From: Candidatus Thorarchaeota archaeon
GTDB lineage: Archaea; Asgardarchaeota; Thorarchaeia; Thorarchaeales; Thorarchaeaceae
Length of the DNA stretch: 64,000 nt
NCBI GenBank assembly: GCA_038893995.1
Contig: JAWAQK010000004.1
Coordinates: 1 to 64,000, forward strand
Direction: 5' to 3'
Positions 1-9,798 of the stretch are shown one piece after another; position 1 is the stretch's first letter; every line of letters begins with the position of its first letter. The position numbers and the translations under genes are program-made. The notes under the pieces were generated by a model, which searched no databases, was not told where the DNA came from, and saw only the letters and a program-made list of their open reading frames with translations.

Positions 1-1
1 G

Positions 2-628
2 CCCTCCAACTGGCCTCCATTCACATTTCTGAACATATGGAGCATAACTAGCCCCCACGAACTCAGAATGCCCGTCGACTATCGTAATACGATCGGAGAA
101 TATAGGAGGCACTATAGTCTCGACACTTGGGACAGCAGTCATTTCGTCCATGTGTTCACGCTGCTCGAGAAGGAACGGAAAATGACATCTGAGATGTCAC
201 GGATGGTGAGGCTGCAGAGACCCATGTACTCCGTACCAGGCTCTGACGACCTGGCTGATCTATACCGACGTCTGACGACTGATTCGGGGTCGAAGACCCA
301 GTCGTTCTCTTTCGACCAGATTCAGAAGGAGGTGTTCATGCCAATCCTGTCTGAGTTGGACTCCCTAGTGGTGGAGGACCCTCGCAGCTACTCAGAAGAC
401 GCTGTCAACGCGCGTTGGATCGAGAGGATCAATATCTTTCTGACCAACCACCGCGTATTCCCTCAGAACCTCGTGCCGCTGCCTCACTACTATCCCTTCC
501 TCAGAAAGGCGGTGGTCGATATGATACTGAGAGAGAGAGTCGAGATCGAACAGGCACGACAACTATTTGGCGAATTCTACCGCTGGACCAGCATGTTCTT
601 TGAGCGATTCATGCGCGGACTGGGCTGA
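2..628 (+). CDS. Hypothetical protein, 5'-truncated at window edge
   Basis: The frame of ORF 68..628 is open back to position 2 (PSNWPPFTFLNIWSITSPHELR-M). No recognisable motif. Overlaps the convergent gene by 20 bp. Confidence 0.6.
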   Translation, partial: PSNWPPFTFLNIWSITSPHELRMPVDYRNTIGEYRRHYSLDTWDSSHFVHVFTLLEKERKMTSEMSRMVRLQRPMYSVPGSDDLADLYRRLTTDSGSKTQSFSFDQIQKEVFMPILSELDSLVVEDPRSYSEDAVNARWIERINIFLTNHRVFPQNLVPLPHYYPFLRKAVVDMILRERVEIEQARQLFGEFYRWTSMFFERFMRGLG

Positions 629-1709
629 GTGACGACTCATTCGTCGAAGTGCTTGAGATCGGTGAATCCGTTGACCGTCTGAGACGGAGCGCCATCCGTA
701 CATGAATGAGATACAGAAACGGTCCTGCGATGATCATGCTGAGCATCAGGATGATGCCGATAAGCAGTCCCAGGTCGGAGAATGCTTCGAGGGTCGTGGC
801 CAGAAGTACAAAGATAAGACTCAGGGTAAGTATATGCCTAGCATGTATGGTCCGACTCGGGGGCGACTGAAACGGTTCTTCCGTCGTCGGCGTGTTTCTC
901 ATGACAAGCCAATGCAGTACGTAGATGCACAAGACGACAAGGGACGGCCCCAGTCCTGGATACCTCTCGGGCACCAACAGGAAGAAATAGACTGCATACT
1001 GGGCCACGACCCATGCACTCAGTACAGTCATTCCTCGTCTTCCGAGTAGCACTGACCTGATGCCGAGGGTCTGCCACCTCCTCCTTGTCAGAACGTGTAG
1101 GAGTGCCACTACTAGCATGTTACCCCCAGCGGCCAGGATCACTGTGTCCGTTGTCACGAGCGGACTCAGAGGCATGAATGTGCCTCCGAATATGGCCACC
1201 ATTGTCCAGAGCAACGCACTGCGTCTGTTGATGCTGAGGATACCGCTCCCGTAGAGTGTCTCCCTGCAGCCCCCACTCACGGCTAGGCTCTGGAACACGA
1301 GGACCGGAATGACAAAGGAGAACATGGGATGCCAGAAGAGTACGAGTGTAGACAGCTCAGCCCAGGCGACTCCCAGAACGGTGCCAAACTGGGGCCCCGT
1401 CGAACCAGGGTATCCTGCCCACAGTACCTTCGTGATCCACGACTCGTAGAGGCCAAAGAATACTCCGAATAGATACAGGTGCGAAACTGTTGCCCTCCTG
1501 TACCGCACGGCGAGATTCACCAGGAGCACCGTATGCGTACCGTACAGAGGAAGGGCAACGATGAGTGCAAAGGGATCCACAAACCATAGAGGCGATGATC
1601 CAGAGTAGACCTCTGCATATACCATCGAGAGGACGCTCAGAAAGACTAGCGCAGAGAGTCTGGGAGTCCTTGGCTGTTCTGACACGAGATGCCAAGTGCA
1701 TACTGACAT
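609..1709 (-). CDS. Polytopic membrane protein of unknown function
   Basis: 366 aa with about 9-10 hydrophobic segments, including FGLYESWITKVLW and FWHPMFSF. Confidence 0.75.
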   Translation of the reverse strand: MSVCTWHLVSEQPRTPRLSALVFLSVLSMVYAEVYSGSSPLWFVDPFALIVALPLYGTHTVLLVNLAVRYRRATVSHLYLFGVFFGLYESWITKVLWAGYPGSTGPQFGTVLGVAWAELSTLVLFWHPMFSFVIPVLVFQSLAVSGGCRETLYGSGILSINRRSALLWTMVAIFGGTFMPLSPLVTTDTVILAAGGNMLVVALLHVLTRRRWQTLGIRSVLLGRRGMTVLSAWVVAQYAVYFFLLVPERYPGLGPSLVVLCIYVLHWLVMRNTPTTEEPFQSPPSRTIHARHILTLSLIFVLLATTLEAFSDLGLLIGIILMLSMIIAGPFLYLIHVRMALRLRRSTDSPISSTSTNESSLSPVRA

Positions 1710-1765
1710 AAGTCTATGTCGGCAAGACTCATATCGAGTAGGTAATCACGCTGTGCTCCTGACAG

Positions 1766-2053
1766 ATGTACTTCGTCTACATAATCGAGACTGAGGATGG
1801 TCAGTATTACACTGGTCAGACGAACAACCTCCTCCGGCGTGTTCAGGAACATCTGAGCGGGGGACGGCATTCCGCCGTGTACCTACGCATGCATCGTCCA
1901 AAGTATCTGGTATACATCGAGGAGTGTGAGACCAGAAGGGAGGCTCTCAAGAGAGAGCAGGAGATAAAGCGCGACCGTAGACTCAAGCGCTCCCTTGTGG
2001 GCCCACGCAGAGATCTACTCGAGGTCATAGATTCGGAGAGGAGCTACAAGTGA
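1766..2053 (+). CDS. Stand-alone GIY-YIG nuclease family protein (YhbQ/UPF0213-like)
   Basis: YFVYII...YYTGQTNNL.RR..EH..G and a C-terminal 'ALKREQEIK' helix; 95 aa. Confidence 0.9.
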   Translation: MYFVYIIETEDGQYYTGQTNNLLRRVQEHLSGGRHSAVYLRMHRPKYLVYIEECETRREALKREQEIKRDRRLKRSLVGPRRDLLEVIDSERSYK

Positions 2054-2175
2054 GCTCCTCGTCGGACTCTGGCCTGGAGACTGACGGCCAGACGGACGTG
2101 CTGCCGGAAGCCTCTCTATCCTGCACATTCACAATGTGGTGGTAGCAACTAGTTTCATCAGAGACCAGTGAAGAT

Positions 2176-3363
2176 CTAGAACCTGTAGTATGAGTAGAAC
2201 TCATCTCTGGGGAAGATCCTCTCCAGCGCTGTAGCAGTACTCGGGTCGCAGTCTATCTCGCCGAGTGCCCTCAGTAGAGTTGCTGGTGTCTTTCCTGCAA
2301 CTGTCTCTGAGAGTTGAAATGCATTCAACGTGATGTCAGCACGTGAACTGACGGGGTCACATGCCAGACTCCCATCCTCGGGAGTCAGTAGGTATACTCC
2401 CTCATTCCAGGGGCAGAGTTGATCCCTTATCTCGACCCTGATTGGCTCTGTGGCATCGCGCGGTACATTGATGCTCTCACAGTAACCCCTGAAGTCCAGG
2501 ACGCGCATCATCATGTAGTCTCTCACGGCCGTCTCTGCATGGGCCTCGGCCAGATAATGCCTGAACGGCTCGATCCTGTCAGTGACCCACCGGATCTGGT
2601 GGGCGTTCGCGGAATAGTCGTAGACAAGCCTCAGGATTGACGGGAAGACCCAGTCATGCTTGAAGGCAGTCAGACGAACATTCAGGATGAGGCCTGGTCT
2701 TGCATCGCTGAATGCAAACATCGCGGTACCAACAGGGTCGTCACCGTCCTCAAGGATGTATGCTCTGTGGGACCGCGACATGTCCCGTAGGAATCTGCGA
2801 TTCACGAAGCAGCGTGAACCAAACCGTGTCATTGCTCTCTGAACCTCTACGAACCTGTCGACCTCTGCATCAATATCCGTCACCTCTCTGACTGCAAGGT
2901 CACCTACTGGTCTCAAGGGCCGGAGTCCGCTTCGTCTGAACATGTGCCTGAACACAGTCTCAGCAATGGCATAGTCGAACTTCTCATAGAATGGCCTGTA
3001 GAATGGGTCCAGTATTGAGAGCACTGCTCCCTTCTCATGCATCCGAGGAAATGCGAGTTCAAACAGCTCCCGTACCAGTCCCTTTCTCCTGTATACGGGG
3101 TCTGTTGCAACTGCCCATACCCCAGCATATCTGATGGGGCGTCCGCGAATGATGTCGTCGTCACTCACAAAGAAAGACAGATTGGACACGACAGAATCAC
3201 CCTCTACGGCGACACAGGCCCAATTGTCGCTCGTATGGTCGTTCCAGGCCCTCAACCACTCCATCCTGACGACGTCGTCATATCGACGAAGCGGTTCAAA
3301 TGATCTCCACAAGAGACGAGATGCGGACTCACGGTCGTCTTCTATGGCCTCTCTGATCTCCAT
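2176..3363 (-). CDS. Eis-like GNAT acetyltransferase with C-terminal SCP2-like domain
   Basis: GVWAVATDPVYRRKGL acetyl-CoA motif, PFYEKFDY, MMRVLD, IRDQLCPWNEG. Likely start MEIREA at 3363 (track start 3522). Confidence 0.85.
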   Translation of the reverse strand: MEIREAIEDDRESASRLLWRSFEPLRRYDDVVRMEWLRAWNDHTSDNWACVAVEGDSVVSNLSFFVSDDDIIRGRPIRYAGVWAVATDPVYRRKGLVRELFELAFPRMHEKGAVLSILDPFYRPFYEKFDYAIAETVFRHMFRRSGLRPLRPVGDLAVREVTDIDAEVDRFVEVQRAMTRFGSRCFVNRRFLRDMSRSHRAYILEDGDDPVGTAMFAFSDARPGLILNVRLTAFKHDWVFPSILRLVYDYSANAHQIRWVTDRIEPFRHYLAEAHAETAVRDYMMMRVLDFRGYCESINVPRDATEPIRVEIRDQLCPWNEGVYLLTPEDGSLACDPVSSRADITLNAFQLSETVAGKTPATLLRALGEIDCDPSTATALERIFPRDEFYSYYRF

Positions 3364-3576
3364 GCGTCTGACCGACCGACCGCTGTGCAACTCCCCCTTT
3401 TCTTCTTTCGTACACGCCTCATCATCTCTGACAGATGACAACGCCATCCCCCGGTCCCGCATCCACAGATATCGCGCCCAGTGGCCTGTTCGGACCCGTT
3501 CGAGGCATTGCACGTGACCCAAGTCCCCTCGAAGTCTTATTATCGGGGTGTTTCACCCTCATTCCCCGTGTCTGAC

Positions 3577-5094
3577 ATGAGAGGCCTGGTACTTGCGATC
3601 GATGCAGGGACATCTGGAGTCCGGTCCATGCTCTTTGACCTGGAGGGAACGATAGTCTCAAGATCCTACCAGGAGTTTCCAAGCCACTATCCGAGCCCGT
3701 CCTGGGTTGAACAGGATGCAGAGAGCTGGTGGTCTGCGGTCTGTCAGACAACAAGGGACGTCCTCAATTCAGCCGGGCATCTCCAACGGATCATCGGTGT
3801 GGCAGTCACAAACCAACGGGAGACCATTGTCCCCATAGACAGGAGTGGCAAGACAATACGAAGGGCCATTGTGTGGCAGGACCGACGCACCGTGCCACAG
3901 TGTGACTGGATCCGGCAGACAGTTGGCCCCTCGGAGGTCTACCGCATAACCGGACTCACAGTCGATCCCTACTTCAGTGCTCCGAAGATACTGTGGATAA
4001 AGTCCAACGAGCCTGAGTCATTTGCGAATGCATGGAAGTTCATGCTTGTCCACGACTATATCGTGTATCGGCTGACTGGTAGAGCAGTGACGGACTACTC
4101 CAATGCAAGTCGTACAATGTTGTTCGACCTACGTAGGACTGACTGGTCTGACACCCTGCTTGATGCACTTGGGATTCCACGTGAGAAGCTCCCAGATCCA
4201 GTTGCCCCGGGGACACCAGTGGGTCAGGTACATGAACAGGCATCACATGAATCGGGACTACCAGCAGGCACCGAGGTGATTGCGGGAGGAGGTGACCAAC
4301 AGTGTGCTGCTCTTGGTGTCGGTGTCGTACGTCCGGGGTCAATAAAGGCCACCACTGGTACCGGGACCTTCATGCTGGCATACTCAGATGATGTGATTCT
4401 TGATCCAAGACGCAGAGTACTGTGCAGTCGTCACGTCGTGCCCCATGCCCTTGTGGTAGAGGCCAGCATGTTCACGACCGGATCTGCTCTGAGGTGGTTT
4501 AGGGACAATCTGGGGGTACACGAGCGACTGGTTGCAACAGAACGGGGCCTAGACCCCTACGATGTCATGGTAGAGTCTGCATCTTCGGTCCCTGCCGGGA
4601 GTGAGGGTGTGATGCACCTTCCTCACCTTGTGGGCGCAGGAGCACCGTACTGGAACCCTCGTTCGAGAGGGGCATTCGTTGGACTGTCTCTCGGTCACAC
4701 TCGCAATCACCTGATCAGGTCCATACTAGAGGGGGTCGCATACGAGATACGTACGAATCTCGAGGTGATGCGAGAACTTGGTCTCAATGTGTCTGAGATG
4801 AGAGTGACGGGTGGTGCTGCGAGGAGCGACCTGTGGATGCAGATACAGGCTGATGTGTTGGGTGTGCCAGTCATAAGGACACAAGTCGAGGAGGCCACTG
4901 CGCTCGGGGCTGCCATACTCGTCTGCCATGGTACACGACTCTTCTCGAAACTCACCGATGCTGTCGACTCCATGGTACGGGTCAGGGATAGACTGATGCC
5001 CGATCCCAAGAATCACGACGTGTATGCCCGAGGCTTTGAGACCTACAGGCGTCTGTACGAGGCCCTCTCTCAGGTCGACCTGGCCGACAACTAG
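3577..5094 (+). CDS. FGGY-family carbohydrate kinase (xylulokinase/glycerol kinase-like)
   Basis: AIDAGTSG, EQDAE, TNQRET, IVWQDRR, DYSNASRT, GGGDQQ, LEGVAY, TGGAARS. Likely start MRGLVL at 3577. Confidence 0.93.
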   Translation: MRGLVLAIDAGTSGVRSMLFDLEGTIVSRSYQEFPSHYPSPSWVEQDAESWWSAVCQTTRDVLNSAGHLQRIIGVAVTNQRETIVPIDRSGKTIRRAIVWQDRRTVPQCDWIRQTVGPSEVYRITGLTVDPYFSAPKILWIKSNEPESFANAWKFMLVHDYIVYRLTGRAVTDYSNASRTMLFDLRRTDWSDTLLDALGIPREKLPDPVAPGTPVGQVHEQASHESGLPAGTEVIAGGGDQQCAALGVGVVRPGSIKATTGTGTFMLAYSDDVILDPRRRVLCSRHVVPHALVVEASMFTTGSALRWFRDNLGVHERLVATERGLDPYDVMVESASSVPAGSEGVMHLPHLVGAGAPYWNPRSRGAFVGLSLGHTRNHLIRSILEGVAYEIRTNLEVMRELGLNVSEMRVTGGAARSDLWMQIQADVLGVPVIRTQVEEATALGAAILVCHGTRLFSKLTDAVDSMVRVRDRLMPDPKNHDVYARGFETYRRLYEALSQVDLADN

Positions 5095-6383
5095 GCCTCA
5101 CTGTACACTGCGAGCTTGTTGCCCTTGTCGAAGACCAAGATCTGTACGCCCGGGTCCTGGGATATCCACTGGTCCACCACCCCCTGGGCATCGTTGACCT
5201 TCTGCATGTGTACACTGTCAACGAGATCTTCCTGTAGCTCCGTGTACATCTTGATGGTTGATACACGCTTCAGTAGCTCAGCAAACTTGTATGCCTTATG
5301 TTCGTAGAGGTGATATCTCTCGCTTATCGAGGCGAGTACGGTATCCAGTGGTGCTCTCAGTCTCTGGTAGAAGTTCTCAGTGGCCTCTGGCGGGGCGACA
5401 CCGTCCTTGCACTCGGCCAGGAAGAGCACCTCTCCACCATCCCTGACAGCGTTCTTGGTCAGCTCTAGCGCTCTCTGTGCGTGGTATAGGCTCTTGTCCT
5501 CGGGATACCCTCCGGGCGAGACGATGATCCTTGTCGTGGGTCTGACGGTGAAGCTGGTATTCTCATCAAGTACCTGTATTCCCCTCTCCGTGACTGGCCT
5601 GATGAGTCCAGCATCAGCCCACAGGACCTTGTGATCACTGGATATGACAGAGAGGGTGAATACCCTGGCCCCCCTCGTGATCATCTCCATCGCCTCTCTC
5701 ATGTCATCTGCCAGTGGGTTATTTCTTCTCCTAGGATCGGGGTGGTAAGGATGACGCCCAAACGTGGAATTGGGATCGAGTGCCATAGCATGATTGGCCT
5801 CGATGCTCTCAAAGGCGCAGATCCCGGGAAGGAAGTCCTTCAATGCATTCGAGTATCCGGCAAAGTAGTGTGCCTTCATGTCAGCGAGTACAACGTACAC
5901 GTCATGATGTGCTGCACGCGAGTTGATGATGACTGGTGTTCCACGACTGGTGTCTCCGATTCGGACCATGTTGGTGTCATGGCAGTCATGAATGCTGACC
6001 CTGTAGTCATCTATCGAGGCCTCACTGGCTGCCCTCTCAATCTCTGTCACTATCCTCAGGTTCTCCGGATGGTCGACCTCGTGTGAACCTGTCGCCACTA
6101 TGAATTCGACATGACTTGCATCCGTCAGATAGGGGGTTATCGCGTCGAGCATCTCGGAGTGGGGCTCATTCCTAGTGTGATCTTCGACAAGCACACATAC
6201 ACTTCGCCCAGCAGCGATCTGATCCAATCGGTCGCCGTGTGGGTTCTCAATGACTCGCACGAGCTCTCTGACGGGGTCTGCAAACGGCTTCAGAGAGGTT
6301 GCCGGTTCGATGACACCTGCCAGGTTCTCACGCGGAATGTCGAGCTCAATTCCCTTCAGGCCATAGCTCAGTCTTATTCTCAC
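5091..6383 (-). CDS. LarA-family nickel-pincer racemase/epimerase (DUF2088)
   Basis: DHTR, ATGSH, HYFAGYS..LK..LPG, NH and SPGGYP.D..LY motifs of the LarA superfamily. Probable GTG start at 6383. 4-bp stop overlap with the kinase. Confidence 0.85.
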   Translation of the reverse strand: MRIRLSYGLKGIELDIPRENLAGVIEPATSLKPFADPVRELVRVIENPHGDRLDQIAAGRSVCVLVEDHTRNEPHSEMLDAITPYLTDASHVEFIVATGSHEVDHPENLRIVTEIERAASEASIDDYRVSIHDCHDTNMVRIGDTSRGTPVIINSRAAHHDVYVVLADMKAHYFAGYSNALKDFLPGICAFESIEANHAMALDPNSTFGRHPYHPDPRRRNNPLADDMREAMEMITRGARVFTLSVISSDHKVLWADAGLIRPVTERGIQVLDENTSFTVRPTTRIIVSPGGYPEDKSLYHAQRALELTKNAVRDGGEVLFLAECKDGVAPPEATENFYQRLRAPLDTVLASISERYHLYEHKAYKFAELLKRVSTIKMYTELQEDLVDSVHMQKVNDAQGVVDQWISQDPGVQILVFDKGNKLAVYSEA

Positions 6384-6482
6384 GTCTATCCCGCGTTTCA
6401 GATAGTGGAATATCAGCAAAAAAGGGCTCGGTTGAGGAAGGCAGAGGACCAAAACTGATATCCGGAGGGCCTCTACTGACCG

Positions 6483-6821
6483 ATGCATATGTCCAATTCG
6501 GATGCACCAGGACAGAGTGACTCAATTGGCATGGGCCGCTGGATAGCGGCAGGTTCCGAGCTACCCTGTTCTGTGATCATCTTCGTCTACCTTGGGGACC
6601 TCATAGGAGCCAGTCTGTATGGTCCTCAGGGCAGAAATCTGGGGGCCATGGTGGGGGCCATAGTGGGGTTTCTGTTGGGTGTCTTCGGGGTGTACTCTAC
6701 GATACGATTCTACGAGAACATCGAGAGAGTCTCCTCCAGGAGGCGGGCCTGGCTGCCCCCAATAGAGGAGATCCTCGAGGAACCCGACCTCAGCCGCATG
6801 ACACGGGACAGCCCTGAATGA
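6483..6821 (+). CDS. AtpZ/AtpI (ATPase gene 1)-like two-TM protein
   Basis: G.EL...V.....LG..I.......G..VG...G...VY two-helix pattern; lies beside the ATPase genes. Confidence 0.65.
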   Translation: MHMSNSDAPGQSDSIGMGRWIAAGSELPCSVIIFVYLGDLIGASLYGPQGRNLGAMVGAIVGFLLGVFGVYSTIRFYENIERVSSRRRAWLPPIEEILEEPDLSRMTRDSPE

Positions 6822-6826
6822 GCCGG

Positions 6827-7414
6827 TCAGCTGACAAACTCGGAGTCATCCTTGTCGAGGACCTGTACTACTACCTTTGTTGCAGTCCTTCCAACTACCG
6901 CAATGATCACCTGGATGAGTACCGAGATGAACAGCGCTCCGACTGCAAGTCCAAACAGCACCATCGATATTGAGCCGGACGCAGCAATCCATGGCCCAAG
7001 GTAATACTTGTGCACGAGATACCAGATGTACACGCCGGTTATGCCGACGAATACCACCAGTGCCGCGTAGACGTATACTACGATCTTGACCGCCGGCGAG
7101 TCCATCCTCACTTTTCGAATCCCGGGTCCTACTATCTTGCTGCTGACCGTCCTGGATGAATTCAGGAGGAACGTGAATGCTGCCAGAAATACAAACAGGA
7201 GTAACATGATTCCCACCAATAGCAGGAGGGTCTTCAGGTCGTCAGGAAGGGTAGGTAAGAACTGTTCAAGGAGGAAGAATGCGAGAGAGCCTATTATCAC
7301 TATGATCGAGAAGATCTGAATTACAAAGGTGATAGTTGCAGAGCCCCTGAATAGACTCCCGATATCGATGATCTCCTGAAGTCTCTTGGCTGGGCGTCCG
7401 GTGTCCTCCGACAT
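6827..7414 (-). CDS. Hypothetical four-TM membrane protein
   Basis: 195 aa, four hydrophobic segments arranged as two helical hairpins. Confidence 0.7.
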   Translation of the reverse strand: MSEDTGRPAKRLQEIIDIGSLFRGSATITFVIQIFSIIVIIGSLAFFLLEQFLPTLPDDLKTLLLLVGIMLLLFVFLAAFTFLLNSSRTVSSKIVGPGIRKVRMDSPAVKIVVYVYAALVVFVGITGVYIWYLVHKYYLGPWIAASGSISMVLFGLAVGALFISVLIQVIIAVVGRTATKVVVQVLDKDDSEFVS

Positions 7415-7558
7415 TTACAACCACTGGGCCTGTCGTATCATCCCGCTCTTTTGAACCCTTCTACTATCTGGCGCCTCAAGATCTGCTCGGCAAACTTATA
7501 TTGCCCCCTCCGGACTTGGCTCTCGAGTCCCCACTGGACGTGTGAGAAGGGCCAAACG

Positions 7559-8620
7559 ATGAACTATAGGGCTGTGACAGACTACAGTTTCATCAATGCG
7601 AGGATACGTGGACTGAAGTCCAAGTTCCTCACATTAGGTGACTATGAGCGTCTAGTGCAGTCTGGGACTTACGATGAGTTCATCAAACTGATGACAAACA
7701 CCCACTATGGTCGACTCATTGGCAGAGATTCTACGCAGATACCGAGTCCCGATGACCTATCACTGATGCTGTCCCGGGACCTGGCTGAGACTGTGCACAG
7801 CCTCTCCCGCAGCGTCTCAGGCAACGTTCATGCATTCATGATGGCCTATCTGAACATGTTTCTGGCAGAGAGTCTGAAGTCGATCTTGAGGGGCATTCAC
7901 GCAGGCCTTGACAGATCCGAGATCTTGCGATTCTCAGTCCCGGTGGACGAGGACCAGGCAGCGGCCTTCTCTAGGCTTGCAGGGAGCACCTCCGTTGACC
8001 AGTTCATTGAGGCCATGCCGTACCCCGACATCAAGCTGGCGCTCGTGACGCGTCTGCACCTGTATCACGAGTTCAACTCAACAGCCCCACTCGAAGTGAC
8101 CATCGATGAATGGTTCCTGGAGTCCCTGCTCGAGGCAACGGAGAGACTACCCCGTAGTGACAGGACGCGCCTGCTGCGCATCCTTGAGCCCAGGACTGTG
8201 ATGAAGAACATGCTGGTGATACTGCGTGGCCGATCCCTCCAGATTGCTCCGAGGGCGCTCGAACTGTCCGTAGTCCGGTTCACCCACCGGTCCGACAGGA
8301 TCACGCGCGATATGCTATCACGTTCCTCGTGGCGTGAGATTGTCCTAGAACTGTCCGGACTTGGCCTCTCACAGTTTGCTGCTCATATCGCACGTCTGTA
8401 CGAAGAGCGGCAGAGCACAGTGGATGTCGAGTCGGCTGTGGAGGACCATCTGGCCCAGATGGCAAAGGCGCAGCTTGTGGGATATCCATTTCATTCTGGG
8501 ACGGTCCTGGGGTTTCTGACGCTCAAGTACTATGAAATCCGGAACATAAGGTCCATATCCGTGGGGATCGAACGCGGTGAGTCAGCCGCAAACATAAGAA
8601 GGATGATAACACTCTGGTAA
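7559..8620 (+). CDS. atpC: A/V-type ATP synthase subunit C (d)
   Basis: YSFINARIRGLKSKFL N-terminal motif and C-terminal LK.YEIRNIR.I..G. Likely start 7559. Confidence 0.9.
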   Translation: MNYRAVTDYSFINARIRGLKSKFLTLGDYERLVQSGTYDEFIKLMTNTHYGRLIGRDSTQIPSPDDLSLMLSRDLAETVHSLSRSVSGNVHAFMMAYLNMFLAESLKSILRGIHAGLDRSEILRFSVPVDEDQAAAFSRLAGSTSVDQFIEAMPYPDIKLALVTRLHLYHEFNSTAPLEVTIDEWFLESLLEATERLPRSDRTRLLRILEPRTVMKNMLVILRGRSLQIAPRALELSVVRFTHRSDRITRDMLSRSSWREIVLELSGLGLSQFAAHIARLYEERQSTVDVESAVEDHLAQMAKAQLVGYPFHSGTVLGFLTLKYYEIRNIRSISVGIERGESAANIRRMITLW

Positions 8621-8640
8621 CTCAGGTCGTAGAATCACAG

Positions 8641-9021
8641 ATGAGGAATGCAATGATGAATACACTGAAGCTTTTCGTCACCATGGTATTTGCGCTACTG
8701 GTGCTCGTGTTCGTCTTTCCAGTCCCGGTCCAGGCCATGTCGGCACTGCCTGACGCAGGCCTCGTGCCCCTGCAGACAGAGGGCGATGGCTGGGCGATCC
8801 TGGGCATTGCTCTGGGTGCTGGGCTTGCTGTCGGTATGGCCGGCATTGGTGGTGGACTAGGAATGGGTACTGCATCGGCAGCCGCTCTTGGCGCAATCAC
8901 AGAGAAGCCCGAGGTATTTGGAAAGAGCATCCTGTACGTTGTGTTCATCGAGGCCATCGCCATATACGGCCTTGTGATTGCTTTCCTACTCCTGGGCAAG
9001 ATTGACGCAATACTGGCATAG
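8641..9021 (+). CDS. atpK: A/V-type ATP synthase subunit K (c, proteolipid), single hairpin with N-terminal leader
   Basis: GLAVGMAGIGGGLG...EKPEVFGK...FIEAIAIYGL with the ion-binding Glu. Confidence 0.95.
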   Translation: MRNAMMNTLKLFVTMVFALLVLVFVFPVPVQAMSALPDAGLVPLQTEGDGWAILGIALGAGLAVGMAGIGGGLGMGTASAAALGAITEKPEVFGKSILYVVFIEAIAIYGLVIAFLLLGKIDAILA

Positions 9022-9182
9022 TAATACTACCCGGACCCCTCTGTCTCGGAATAGGTGCCACCGCAGTAGGAAGATTGTCTGGCCGACCAGACTCCGTGGC
9101 AGAAACGTACACCCGTCCATTCGACCAAGACGACGGCACGGGCCGCTGGATCTCCCCAGTCTGAGCAGGTCGCGGGCACAGC

Positions 9183-9794
9183 CTACTCTCCGTTACCAAA
9201 CAGGGTCTCTGCTGCTGTGTTCCGAAGCATGCCCAGCAGACGATCGTACCTGGCCTCGATGGTATTGTCGACCCACTTGTGTTGGTCCTTGGTCCTCACG
9301 ATCACGCCTCCCCGTGTTCTCACGGTGTCCTTAGCGACTGAGATACCATCGACACCCGTCGCGTCCCTGAGGCGACCAACAAACCTCGAATCAAGCCCTG
9401 GGTGGCCCTCCGGAAGGACTATCTCCATCTCACCCCCTCCCAATGCCCTCACGCCCTCAGTCGCCAGTCTCAAGAGAATGTCATTATGCTTGTCCGACTT
9501 GATGAGTTCTATTGCTTTCTCCAGGGCTGCCTGCAGCACCATACTGGTCGCTCTGTCTCTTGCCGCGACTATCTCCTGACGCATCTTGAGCTTCAGGCCT
9601 GCCTCGAACTTCGTCAGCTCTGCACGGGCCTCTCGCTCCATCTTCTCAATTCGCGATCTCTCGACCTCTGCCGCTCTCTTTGTGGCCTCGTCGATAATCC
9701 TCGTCCTGGTCTCCTCTGCCTGCGACAGGATCTCACCGATCTTTTCGTCGGCCTTCCTGTTGATCAGCTCGATTATGCTGTCGATGCCAGTCAT
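9183..9794 (-). CDS. atpE: A/V-type ATP synthase subunit E
   Basis: N-terminal charged helix (GIDSIIELI..KA), C-terminal GGVIV....K.VDNTIEAR motif, 203 aa. Confidence 0.9.
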   Translation of the reverse strand: MTGIDSIIELINRKADEKIGEILSQAEETRTRIIDEATKRAAEVERSRIEKMEREARAELTKFEAGLKLKMRQEIVAARDRATSMVLQAALEKAIELIKSDKHNDILLRLATEGVRALGGGEMEIVLPEGHPGLDSRFVGRLRDATGVDGISVAKDTVRTRGGVIVRTKDQHKWVDNTIEARYDRLLGMLRNTAAETLFGNGE

Positions 9795-9798
9795 GTTA

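Noticed and set aside
1766-2053. Homing endonuclease or mobile element
   Set aside because: A 95-aa stand-alone GIY-YIG domain with no DNA-binding extension, no intron or intein context and no terminal repeats.
8622-8999. Antisense and shadow ORFs (e.g. 8622-8999, 42552-43217, 50580-51200, 51360-52031, 56287-56910)
   Set aside because: They overlap well-supported genes on the opposite strand or in another frame, lack motifs, and are expected at this GC content.
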